The position numbers and the translations under genes are program-made. 64,000 bases of DNA from a bacterium (GTDB taxonomy: Bacteria; UBA8248): contig OZ253442.1 in assembly GCA_965261085.1 (NCBI GenBank), positions 1-64,000 on the forward strand. Direction: 5' to 3'. Positions 9,326 through 18,687 of the stretch are shown piece after piece. The first letter of the stretch is position 1; each line of letters opens with the position of its first letter. A model generated the notes under the pieces. That model was given only the letters and a program-made list of their open reading frames with translations. It was not told where the DNA came from and made no database searches.

Positions 9326-10858
9326 ATGCTGGCCAAAACCCAAGCAGCAGCCGTACTGGGCGTAGACGCCTACCCCGTCGATGTGGAGGTCGACCTCGCG
9401 TCGGGTCTCCCCTATTACTCCACCGTCGGCCTGCCGGACGCCGCCGTCAAGGAGAGCAAGGACAGGATTCGGGCCGCCATCGTCAACACGGGCTTCATTT
9501 ATCCGATGGGGCGCATTACCGTCAGCCTCTCGCCGGCGGACGTTCGCAAGGAGGGCAGCGCCTTCGACTTGCCCATTGCACTCTCGTTGCTGCGCGCGAA
9601 CGGGGTGTTTCATGCCCGCTCTCAAACGGAAGATTCCCTGTTGTTCCTGGGCGAGTTGGCACTGGATGGTTCCTTGCGGCCCATCCGGGGGGCGCTGAAC
9701 ATCGCCGTTCTCGCCAAGAAGATGGGCAAGCGCGGAATCGTTCTCCCGGCGGAGAATGCGCCCGAAGCGGCCGTCGTCGAGAAGCTCGAAGTCTATCCCG
9801 TACATACGCTTCCCCAAGTGGTGGGATTCCTCAGAGAGGAAATCGAGGTTCCCAGGGCTTGCTACCAAAAAAACGGCGTCGAAAAAAAAGATACCGAAAA
9901 AATCGATTTTTTAGATATTAGAGGTCAACACCAGGCCAAGCGCTCCGTGGAGGTCGCGGCCTCGGGCTCGCACAATCTTTTGATGATAGGCCCGCCCGGC
10001 AGCGGAAAAAGCATGTTGGCGAAAAGATTCCCCACCATACTCCCGCCACTATCTCTGGATGAGGCCATCGAGACCAGCCAGGTGTGGAGCGTGCTGGGCA
10101 AACTCACGAAACATGATTCTTTGATTCAGGAAAGACCCTTCCGCGCTCCGCACCACACCATCAGCGACGCAGGTCTGGTGGGGGGAGGCGCGTTGCCGCT
10201 GCCGGGAGAGGCTTCGCTCGCGCACAACGGCGTGTTGTTCCTCGATGAATTGCCCGAGTTTCGGAGAAACGTGCTTGAATCCCTCCGGGGTCCGCTCGAG
10301 GACGGGAAAATCACCATCAGCAGGGCGCAGGCGAGCCTCTCGTTTCCAGCCCGCTTCATGCTCACCGCGGCGATGAACCCGTGTGTTTGCGGCCTGCGGG
10401 GAGAGGGCGCATGCACCTGCACACCCAAGCAGGTGGCCCGGTATCGCTCCCGCATCTCGGGGCCGATTCTCGACCGCATCGACATCCACATCCAGGTGCC
10501 GAGAGTGCCCTGGAAAGAACTCGCCGAAGACCCCGAGGGCGAGAGCTCGGCGACGATTAGAAGCCGCGTTCTCGCGGCGCAGAAAATCCAGAAAGCGCGC
10601 TTCAAAGACCACCCCGGCGTGTACGCCAACGCCCACATGGGGCCTTCCCTCATCAACGAACGCTGCAAGCTCGACATGGAGGGCAGGCGATTGCTCAAAC
10701 TGGCGGTGGAAAAGCTGGGTCTGTCGGCGCGCGCCTATCATCGTGTGTTGAAGGTGGCGCGGACGATCAGCGATTTGGCCGGAGAAAGGGATATCGCCCC
10801 CCAGCACGTGGCGGAGGCGGTCCAGTACCGGCAGTTGGATAGACAGATCCCCGTCTAA
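9326..10858 (+). CDS. comM: YifB/ComM Mg-chelatase-like AAA ATPase
   Basis: VGLPDAAVKES, GPPGSGKS, PFRAPHH, FLDELPEF and LSARAY motifs; intact. Confidence 0.93.
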   Translation: MLAKTQAAAVLGVDAYPVDVEVDLASGLPYYSTVGLPDAAVKESKDRIRAAIVNTGFIYPMGRITVSLSPADVRKEGSAFDLPIALSLLRANGVFHARSQTEDSLLFLGELALDGSLRPIRGALNIAVLAKKMGKRGIVLPAENAPEAAVVEKLEVYPVHTLPQVVGFLREEIEVPRACYQKNGVEKKDTEKIDFLDIRGQHQAKRSVEVAASGSHNLLMIGPPGSGKSMLAKRFPTILPPLSLDEAIETSQVWSVLGKLTKHDSLIQERPFRAPHHTISDAGLVGGGALPLPGEASLAHNGVLFLDELPEFRRNVLESLRGPLEDGKITISRAQASLSFPARFMLTAAMNPCVCGLRGEGACTCTPKQVARYRSRISGPILDRIDIHIQVPRVPWKELAEDPEGESSATIRSRVLAAQKIQKARFKDHPGVYANAHMGPSLINERCKLDMEGRRLLKLAVEKLGLSARAYHRVLKVARTISDLAGERDIAPQHVAEAVQYRQLDRQIPV

Positions 10859-11072
10859 TCCTCTCGCCAGAAGGCGGTTTTTCCGGTTGTCTTTTCGCTT
10901 TTCAGGCATCGGGTGAAGCAGCGGCGTCTCCAAAAGACTGCTTCTCATCGCCGCCGCCTTGAGATTGACTCGCATCCGCCTTGTTTGTATTTTCAGAATC
11001 GGGTGGGACGAATACACATCGGGCGATTTTGGACTATACTGTGCCCATCTCTCACTATAGAGGTTCTTGAAT

Positions 11073-12188
11073 ATGGGGACAGAATACGCTTGGTTTCTCC
11101 CGTCGGCCAGGGCGGGTGACGGCCACAAGATCAACACCAAGGTGCCTGAGCGAAAACCCACCATCGAATATCTCTCCCAAGTGGCGAGCGCCGCCGAGAG
11201 GGCCGGCTTCGTGAACCTCCTGGTGCCCACCGGCACCCACTGCATGGACGCCTGGCTCGTGGCGGCGGGCGTGGCCCAGCATACCGAAAGAATCAAATTC
11301 TGCGTGGCGTTTCGCCCGGGCCTCACCAGCCCCGTATTCGCCGCCCAGACGGCGAGTACGCTCGACGCGATCACCGGCGGGCGTCTGACGCTCAACGTCG
11401 TCACCGGCTCGAGCCACGTGGAGCAGATGCGCTACGGCGACCACCTCGTGCATGATGAACGCTACGACAGGACGGAGGAGTTTCTGGAAATCGTCACTCG
11501 CATCTGGAGCGGAGACGGCCCCCTCACCTACGAGGGAAAGTATTTCGACATCCGTGGCGCCGCCTTTTTCCCGATCCAACTCTCCAAGCCCTGGCCGCCC
11601 ATCTATCTGGGCGGGAGTTCGGAGCCCGGACGCCGGGTCGGGGCGAAATTCTCAGACGTGCATATGATGTACGCCGTGGACGTCGAGACCATCGCCAAGG
11701 ACGTGCTCGACATGAAACAGCGCGCAGCGGAGGTCGGTAGAGAGGATCAGATAAAATTCGGCGTCCGGATGCACATCCTCTGCCGGGAGACCAAGGCGGA
11801 GGCGAGACGGGCGGCGAATGCGCTCATCGAGGGAAGCGACATCTCGAACGTCCAGGCCTGGGCCGACATGAAGACCAATACGGAGAGCACCGGCCAGACG
11901 CGCGTCAACGAACTGGCGAAGGGCGAGTCGCTCTGGATAACCGACACCATGTGGATGGGCGTGAACACCGTTCGCGCAGGCGCGGGCGCCTCGCTGGTGG
12001 GTACCCCCGACATGATCGCCAAGGCGCTCAAGGAATATGTGGACGTGGGCGTTCATACGTTCATCCTCTCCGGCTGGCCGCACATAGAGGAAGTGGACAT
12101 ATTCGGACGTGAGATAATGCCCCTGCTCGCGGAAACGGAGCCCATCACCCTGGAGCCGCCTCTGCCCGCACTCGCCGAATACGATTGA
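11073..12188 (+). CDS. LLM class flavin monooxygenase, alkanesulfonate monooxygenase (SsuD)-like
   Basis: WFLP..GDG, LVPTG..C.DAW, AFRPG, NVVTG, GGSS, LVG and FILSGWPH motifs. Confidence 0.88.
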   Translation: MGTEYAWFLPSARAGDGHKINTKVPERKPTIEYLSQVASAAERAGFVNLLVPTGTHCMDAWLVAAGVAQHTERIKFCVAFRPGLTSPVFAAQTASTLDAITGGRLTLNVVTGSSHVEQMRYGDHLVHDERYDRTEEFLEIVTRIWSGDGPLTYEGKYFDIRGAAFFPIQLSKPWPPIYLGGSSEPGRRVGAKFSDVHMMYAVDVETIAKDVLDMKQRAAEVGREDQIKFGVRMHILCRETKAEARRAANALIEGSDISNVQAWADMKTNTESTGQTRVNELAKGESLWITDTMWMGVNTVRAGAGASLVGTPDMIAKALKEYVDVGVHTFILSGWPHIEEVDIFGREIMPLLAETEPITLEPPLPALAEYD

Positions 12189-12228
12189 TAAGAGAAAAAA
12201 CCACCAAGGCAACGGAAAGAGGAAACCT

Positions 12229-13410
12229 TTGATGAACAGTTCCGCCGGCGCGCTTTGCGCCGAATCGCAAAAATGGATCGAGGTCGCCGAATCCCTGGGG
12301 CAGGAGAAATTCGCGCCGCGCGCGAAGATGATCGACGAGGAATCACGCTTTCCGGCAGAAAACTACCAGGACCTGGCCGACGCCGGTCTTCTCGCCCTCA
12401 TGGTGCCCAGGGAATTCGGCGGCATCGGCGCGGATTCGCTCACCTACGTCACGGTGCTCTCCAAGATTGCGAATGGCTGCGCCTCCACGGGCCTCACGTT
12501 CAACATGCACAGCGCCGTCGTGGATTTTCTGGGACAAATCGCCTCCAAAGACCAGATGACGCGCTACTTCTCGGAAGTCGTGAACGAGGGCGCCATCTTC
12601 GCCTCCATCACGAGCGAGCCGGGCAGTTCCTTCCGGGACAAGCTGGCGGTTCGCACCTCTATTCGCGAGGAGGGCGGCGGATACCGCATTCACGGGAAGA
12701 AACATTTCTGCTCCCTTTCCACCGGGGCGACCTATTACTTCACCTGGAGCTATCTCGACGGTGCGGAAAGCCTGCAAGACGGCCTGCTGAACGTGATGAT
12801 TCCCGCCAAGAGGGACAACATCGAGATCATCGATGATTGGCACACCATCGGCATGCGGGGAACGGCGTCCAATTCCCTGATGTTTCACGACGTCGCCGTG
12901 CAGGCCGATGAGATCATCGGGGAGCCTGGCAGCATTCTGGGCAAGGACATGAGTATGTGGTCTCTGGGATACACCGCCGTCTACATCGGCATCGCGGAGG
13001 CGGCCTATCAGTTCACGGTGGACTACGTGAAGAAAACGAAATCGGGCATGGGGGTTCCGCTCGGGGAGCTGGACAGAACGCAGCGCCAGATCGGCGAGAT
13101 GGCCATGCTTCTCGAAAACGCGCGCCGGGCCGCGGAAAAACTGGGCGAGTTGAGAGGAAACCTGGGGAAGATGGAGTTGACCTTCATCCTCAACCAGGCG
13201 AAATACCTTGCTACCGAAGCCGCCAAGGAACTCGCCGAGCAGGGAATTCGCCTGTGCGGCGGACGCGGGCTTCACCGCTCCTTGCCGATCGAGCGTCACT
13301 TGAGAGACGCGGTGGCCGGCATCGTCATGCCGCCCGCCAACGACAGGTGCCTCGAAACCATCGGACAGATCGCCCTGGGCCGCGAAGCGAAAACTCTCGA
13401 TTTCCAATAA
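12229..13410 (+). CDS. Acyl-CoA dehydrogenase-fold flavoprotein (possible DszC/SfnB-like monooxygenase)
   Basis: NMHS, GKKHFCS, W..IGMRGTAS and IERHLRDA motifs; follows the SsuD-like gene. Confidence 0.82.
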   Translation: MMNSSAGALCAESQKWIEVAESLGQEKFAPRAKMIDEESRFPAENYQDLADAGLLALMVPREFGGIGADSLTYVTVLSKIANGCASTGLTFNMHSAVVDFLGQIASKDQMTRYFSEVVNEGAIFASITSEPGSSFRDKLAVRTSIREEGGGYRIHGKKHFCSLSTGATYYFTWSYLDGAESLQDGLLNVMIPAKRDNIEIIDDWHTIGMRGTASNSLMFHDVAVQADEIIGEPGSILGKDMSMWSLGYTAVYIGIAEAAYQFTVDYVKKTKSGMGVPLGELDRTQRQIGEMAMLLENARRAAEKLGELRGNLGKMELTFILNQAKYLATEAAKELAEQGIRLCGGRGLHRSLPIERHLRDAVAGIVMPPANDRCLETIGQIALGREAKTLDFQ

Positions 13411-13564
13411 CGAATCGTCTTACGCACCCGCATTCTGGTGGCAGGGAAACGGACGAAGGTTTCGCAGGTGGCGGCCCGACCGCAGAGGGGTTTACCTCTC
13501 CGTTTATCTTGCCATCAAAAAGGTTCTCATCACTCCCCCCTCTGGAGGGGGTAGATTCTCGTCT

Positions 13565-13689
13565 GTAGGGGCCGCATATATGCGGCCCGGCCGAAAAGAG
13601 GGGAATGCTGCTCTATGCGGGTCGCATATATGCAACCCCTACAATAACGAAAGGCGACAAGGCAGGCGGCCACGGGGAGCCGCCCCTAC
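13565..13689. repeat. Cluster of GTAG-type REP-like palindromes
   Basis: GTAGGGGCCGCATATATGCGGCCC (13565-13588), an inverted copy at 13619-13642 and a third at 13665-13689; relatives near 26398-26456. Confidence 0.7.
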
Positions 13690-13876
13690 GCGATATTTCA
13701 TCCGCAAGACATCTCTGCATTCCGCATAAAAGCATTGCGGGACGACGATCAAAAACAAAAGGCAGGCCGCATATATCAGGGGACAACCCGCCCCCTGATC
13801 CTTACGCAATTCCCCCGCACGCATCCGAAAAATATGGTTTTGAAAAACAGCCCGGCAAACAGGGAGGATTTTTCGC

Positions 13877-15430
13877 CTATTCCCTCGTGCCCGCCCTTCC
13901 CGCGCGGCGCGGATCACCAAAGGCGGTGAGGTGGCCGCCATCCCCCGCCTCCACGGCATGCACGCCGCCGAAGAAGTGGTGCGGATACGCGTGGGGCAAA
14001 ACATTGAAACCGTTTTCCCGCGCGCACTCCAAAACCGCGTCTTCCACCGCATCCTCCACATGGAGGGGGCCGACGTCGAGGTGCATGCGGGGGGCCTTCA
14101 CCGCCTCTTCAAGCGGCATCTCCCGGTACAACAGGTTCAGGAGGACCTGCGCCACCGCCGTGGGGATGCGGTAAGAACCGGGACTGCCGATAGCCAGTCG
14201 CAATTTCTCCCCCGCAAAGGCGAGGGTGGGGGCATAGCCCGCCATGGGGCGTCTGCCCGCCCCCAGGGAATTTCCACACCCCGGGCGGGGGTCCATCCAG
14301 TTCGTGTGGTTGTTCAAAACGATGCCCATGCCTGGAGGCACGACGGCCGAGCCCCACGCCATGCCCAAAGTCTGCGTATGGCAAACCACGTTGTCTTTGT
14401 CGTCCACAACCGTGAAATGGGTGGTGGAACCCGGCTCCGCGTCGTGGATGTGAACGCCGGGCGCTCGCTCCTCCGCTATCGCGGCGGCGTACTCCTTGCT
14501 CAAAAGGCGCTCCACCGGCATGTCGTAATGGTAGGGGTCGCCATAGACCGAGAACCTGTCGCGAAATGCCGCGCGCATGGCGCGTGCGAAGGCCAGACCG
14601 CGCGCGGCCTCATCCGCCGCATCCCATTCGGGCAACAGGACTTCGAGAAAATTCAGTATCTGAATAAGGACGAGGCCTGAGGAAGGAGGCGGCGCCGTGA
14701 AGAAAAGATGACCCCGGTAGCTTGAAGCAAGCGGCTCCATCCACCGTACCCGGTAGTCTTTCATATCCGAGGCGCCGAGATAGCCACCACCGCTTCTCAC
14801 CTCCTCCGCAATGGTTTCTGAGAGCGCGCCATCATAGAAATGAGCAGGGCCTCTTTCTGCTATCTCGCGAAGCGTTTTCGCCAGATCCGGCTGGCGCAAG
14901 AGTGCGCCCTCAGAAAGCGGCGCGCCGTCCTCCGAGTGAATTCCCGCGAACTCAGGATACTCTCCACAAAGACTCTTGAAGCGCGGCTCCGCCTGTTGAC
15001 GACAAAAGAACCAACCGACGTGAAAACCCTCATCCGCCAAGCGAATAGCACTCTCGAACAGATCGCCCCAAGGCTTGCGCCCGTATTCGCGGTGTATCGC
15101 CTCGAGCCCGCGCAGCAGACCTGGAATCAGGATGGAGCGATGGCCCCGGCTGTGCGCCTCTCCTGTGTGTTTTCCGTTTTCATCGCACGCGAAAATGCCC
15201 GGTTCCATCCCGACGGGGCATTCATTGCTGAAATCGATGAATCTCGCCTTATTCTCGTCCGCGCGCCAGATGAGCGACACGCCGCCGCCGCCCAGACCGG
15301 AATAGAAAGGCTCCGCCACGCCGAGGGCCAGGGAGACGGCCACCGCCGCATCACAAGCGTCTCCTCCCTCTTCCATGACGCGCAACCCCGCTTCCACCGC
15401 TTTCTCATGGGCCGCCGCTACGGCGAACAT
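13877..15430 (-). CDS. ggt: Gamma-glutamyltransferase family protein
   Basis: SGLGGGG, QPDLAKTL, TTHF autoprocessing Thr, GSPG and GDPRR motifs; no signal peptide. Confidence 0.9.
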   Translation of the reverse strand: MFAVAAAHEKAVEAGLRVMEEGGDACDAAVAVSLALGVAEPFYSGLGGGGVSLIWRADENKARFIDFSNECPVGMEPGIFACDENGKHTGEAHSRGHRSILIPGLLRGLEAIHREYGRKPWGDLFESAIRLADEGFHVGWFFCRQQAEPRFKSLCGEYPEFAGIHSEDGAPLSEGALLRQPDLAKTLREIAERGPAHFYDGALSETIAEEVRSGGGYLGASDMKDYRVRWMEPLASSYRGHLFFTAPPPSSGLVLIQILNFLEVLLPEWDAADEAARGLAFARAMRAAFRDRFSVYGDPYHYDMPVERLLSKEYAAAIAEERAPGVHIHDAEPGSTTHFTVVDDKDNVVCHTQTLGMAWGSAVVPPGMGIVLNNHTNWMDPRPGCGNSLGAGRRPMAGYAPTLAFAGEKLRLAIGSPGSYRIPTAVAQVLLNLLYREMPLEEAVKAPRMHLDVGPLHVEDAVEDAVLECARENGFNVLPHAYPHHFFGGVHAVEAGDGGHLTAFGDPRRAGRAGTRE

Positions 15431-15734
15431 ATGGCCTCCTCCCGTGCCTTCTCCATCATCAACTCCCGAGAATCATAAGCACACCAAAGCCCTGAGGCGC
15501 ACTCCCCACTCGGGAACAGCAAAAAGACAGCCTTGTCCCGAAAGGATTATCCAGCCCGATTACCGAAAACCATGACCGAAAAGGAAGAAAGACATATCTT
15601 TCGGGGGGCCTGAAAGACCCGACCACCCTGCGCCCCGATAGCGAAACGTGAACACCGGGCGCCACTCTCAGTGAACGCAACATATTACATCATCGCGCTT
15701 TTCGGCCACTCACGATGACAAACCTGCATTACTT

Positions 15735-17256
15735 GGGGTTGTTGAAAAACCCCTGACTCTATGCTTGGATGTATGGATATTACGCGCCCGAGAAGGGAAT
15801 ATCCGCGATGTTGGGACGCAAGAACCGCGCCCAGATGGATTTGTTCATCACCGGTTCGCTGGAGAGGTTGATTCCCGAGGATCACATATTGGCCCGCGTG
15901 AACCGCGTTCTGGACCTGAGTTGGCTGCGCGAGGAAGTGGCGGATTGTTATTGCGCGGACAACGGCCGTCCTGGGATCGACCCCGAAGTGGCGGTTCGGT
16001 TGATGTTGGCGGGCCTTCTGCTGGGGTTCGTGCACGACCGTCGGTTGATGCGCGAGGCGCAGGTGAACATCGCGATCCGGTGGTTCATCGGTTACGGGCT
16101 GGAGGATCGGCTGCCGGATCATTCGAGCCTGACGCGGATACGGCAGCGCTGGGGGGAGGCCCGGTTCCGGGAGATATTCCGCCGCACGGTCCGTGCGTGC
16201 CTGGATGCGAAGGTGGCCAAGGCCGAAGTCGTGCACGTGGACGCCTCATTGATCCGCGCGGACGTGAGTTGGGAGAGTCTGGTGGAGCGTCACGTGGACG
16301 AGGTGATAGCGGAGAACCCCGTCGAGGAGGAGGCCGGGAAGAAGGGTGGAGGAGGCCGCCGTGGCGGGGGTTCCGGGAAGGTGAGCCGGACGGACCCGGA
16401 CGCGCGGCTGGCGAGAACGGGCGGGGGATTCGAGCCGAGCTACAAGCAGCACGCTGTGGTGGACGACACGCGCGGGGTGGTGCTCGACGTATCGGTGACG
16501 GAGGGTACGGTGAACGAGCGTGAGGTGCTCGAATCGCAGGTGGAAGCGGTATGCGAGGTATCGGGGCGCGCGCCCGCGATGGTGACGGCGGACTCTGGCT
16601 ACGCCTACTCGAAGGTCTACGCGGCCCTGGAGCGCCGGGGTGTGGCCGCGCTCATTCCGGCGAAGAGGGAACCCTCGCAGAGCCGTGTTCCGTTGCGCCT
16701 GTTCCGCTACGACGCGCGGCACGACATCGTGAAGTGTCCGCGCGGCAAGATACTGAGCCCCCGTCGGCCCGCAAAGGGGGGGCGTTATTATCGTTCGAAG
16801 ACCCGTGATTGCGCGGGCTGCGCGCTTCGCGAGGATTGCCTGCCGAAGGCGTGGTCGAGCAAGGTGGTGTTGGTTCCGCATGCGTATCCGGCGCTGTTGC
16901 GCGCGCGCCGGCGCCATGCGCGATGGAGGGAGGAGGAGCGGCGGATGTACCGGCGTCATATGTGGCGCTCGGAGGGCTACCACGGCGAGGCGAAGACCTG
17001 GCACGGGCTTGCGCGCGCGGTGCGGCGCGGTCTTGAGAACATGAAGATACAGTCCTACCTGACGGCGGCGGCGATCAACCTCAAGCGGCTCTCCGCCGCA
17101 CTTGCTGCAAGGTTATTCGCCCTCTGGAGGGCCTGGTCGGCCCGGGAAGAGCCTCTGTGCGTCCATCGCGGCCTCGCAAGCTGCGCGGGCTTCCTGTCCG
17201 CCGCCGCGTGACCCTCCATACCGCCCGCTCCCGAAACCGGGTTATTCAACAACCCC
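15735..17256 (+). mobile_element. IS1182 family insertion sequence, 1522 bp
   Basis: 18-bp terminal inverted repeats GGGGTTGTTGAA(A/T)AACCC (17/18 match); 5-bp TACTT duplication at 15730-15734 and 17257-17261. Confidence 0.93.
15808..17211 (+). CDS. IS1182 family transposase
   Basis: LIPEDH, GRPGIDP, PDHSSL, VDAS, TDPDA, ADSGY, CP.G..C..C zinc region and E..HGEAK..HG motifs. Confidence 0.93.
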   Translation: MLGRKNRAQMDLFITGSLERLIPEDHILARVNRVLDLSWLREEVADCYCADNGRPGIDPEVAVRLMLAGLLLGFVHDRRLMREAQVNIAIRWFIGYGLEDRLPDHSSLTRIRQRWGEARFREIFRRTVRACLDAKVAKAEVVHVDASLIRADVSWESLVERHVDEVIAENPVEEEAGKKGGGGRRGGGSGKVSRTDPDARLARTGGGFEPSYKQHAVVDDTRGVVLDVSVTEGTVNEREVLESQVEAVCEVSGRAPAMVTADSGYAYSKVYAALERRGVAALIPAKREPSQSRVPLRLFRYDARHDIVKCPRGKILSPRRPAKGGRYYRSKTRDCAGCALREDCLPKAWSSKVVLVPHAYPALLRARRRHARWREEERRMYRRHMWRSEGYHGEAKTWHGLARAVRRGLENMKIQSYLTAAAINLKRLSAALAARLFALWRAWSAREEPLCVHRGLASCAGFLSAAA

Positions 17257-17340
17257 TACTTGCTGTAATTTAAGCAGGTTCTCTTCGTAAATCACGGTTT
17301 TTGACGCATCGCCACTTTCCTCGAATTCTGGACCGCTCCG

Positions 17341-18687
17341 ATGACAGACAAACCGCCAGATGGGGATAATCCCGCCCTCACCGGCCCTGATGAGGGGGAG
17401 ATAAATCCGCCGGCCAAAAAAAATCGGCGACCCAGGAAACGGCGCTTCACATTTTCTTTCGTCAGGAAATTCCTCCTTTACCTGGTGCTCGGCGTGGGCT
17501 TGTTCGCCGCCGCCGAGGGAGGATATTTCTGGTGGCAGCACTGGGAGCGATACGTCTCGACGGACAACGCCTATGTCAAGAGCACACTGACGCCCGTGAG
17601 CACCGAGATTGCGGGCGTGGTCAGAAAACTCATGGTCAAGGACAACCAGGCGGTCCGAAAAGGGGACCTCCTTCTCGTCCTCGACAAGCGGCGTTTCGAG
17701 GTGGCTCTCCAAAAAGCCAAGGCCACCGTGGCCGTCGCCCGCGCAAGATATGAGGCGAGCAAGGTATCCGTCACCCACTCCATGGGCCGCGCTAGCGGTC
17801 TGCAGCAGGAAGCAAGCGCCCGCCTGGAGACCCTGAGGCGCACCCTTCGCTCGGCCCGCGCGCTGCTCGTTCAAAGAAAAAACGAAGTGCGCGCCCATGC
17901 GGCCACGGTGAACCAGGCGCGCGAGGATTTGAACAGAAAACGGCGCCTGCACGAGCAAAAAATCATCTCCGACGAGAGCCTGGCGCTCGCGCGCGCTTCT
18001 CACGACGTCGGCAAGGCGAATTACGACGCCTCCCGAGCCGCGTTCAACGTGGAGGAAAACAAGGTTTCGGCGATCGTGAACCAAATCGAAGAAGCGCAGG
18101 CCGCCGTGGCGCTGGCCAAAAACGAAGACCGCTCACGGCGCATGAAAAGCCATGACGCCGATTCCCTCAAGGCGGAACTCGAAGAAGCCCTCGCCACCTA
18201 CAGGGAAAAGGAGCTTCTACTCTCCTACGCCGAGATTCACGCGCCCGTGTCCGGCTACGTGGAGAAATCCGTCGACCCGGGAAGCTACGTGCAGCCCGGG
18301 CGTCCTCTGCTGCTCATCGTTCAACTCGACAAGGCGTACATACGGGCGAATTTCAAGGAAATAAAACTCGAAGGCATCCACGTGGGCCAGCCCGTGGATA
18401 TCGTTCTCGACGCCTATCCGAACAAATCGTTCAAGGGCCACGTCGAGAGTCTGTACTCGGGCACGGGAGAGACCTTCTCCCTCCTGCCGCCCGAGAACGC
18501 CACCGGCAACTGGGTGAAGGTCACCCGCCGCATTCCCGTGAAGATATTTCTGGACGAAACGCCGTCGGCGAACTTCCCGCTTCTGGTCGGCATGTCCGCC
18601 TACGTGACCGTGGATACCAAAATACGGCGCGGCCCCCGCCTGCTGGCGTACCCGATGAACAAAAAACCCAAAAACCAGAAACCTTGA
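17341..18687 (+). CDS. emrA: EmrA/HlyD family efflux membrane fusion protein
   Basis: STDNAYV, ANFKE and FSLLPPENATGNWVKV motifs. Confidence 0.88.
   Translation: MTDKPPDGDNPALTGPDEGEINPPAKKNRRPRKRRFTFSFVRKFLLYLVLGVGLFAAAEGGYFWWQHWERYVSTDNAYVKSTLTPVSTEIAGVVRKLMVKDNQAVRKGDLLLVLDKRRFEVALQKAKATVAVARARYEASKVSVTHSMGRASGLQQEASARLETLRRTLRSARALLVQRKNEVRAHAATVNQAREDLNRKRRLHEQKIISDESLALARASHDVGKANYDASRAAFNVEENKVSAIVNQIEEAQAAVALAKNEDRSRRMKSHDADSLKAELEEALATYREKELLLSYAEIHAPVSGYVEKSVDPGSYVQPGRPLLLIVQLDKAYIRANFKEIKLEGIHVGQPVDIVLDAYPNKSFKGHVESLYSGTGETFSLLPPENATGNWVKVTRRIPVKIFLDETPSANFPLLVGMSAYVTVDTKIRRGPRLLAYPMNKKPKNQKP

Noticed and set aside
13565-13689. CRISPR array
   Set aside because: The repeats are inverted palindromes with irregular spacing and there are no cas genes. 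No CRISPR array was seen anywhere in the window.
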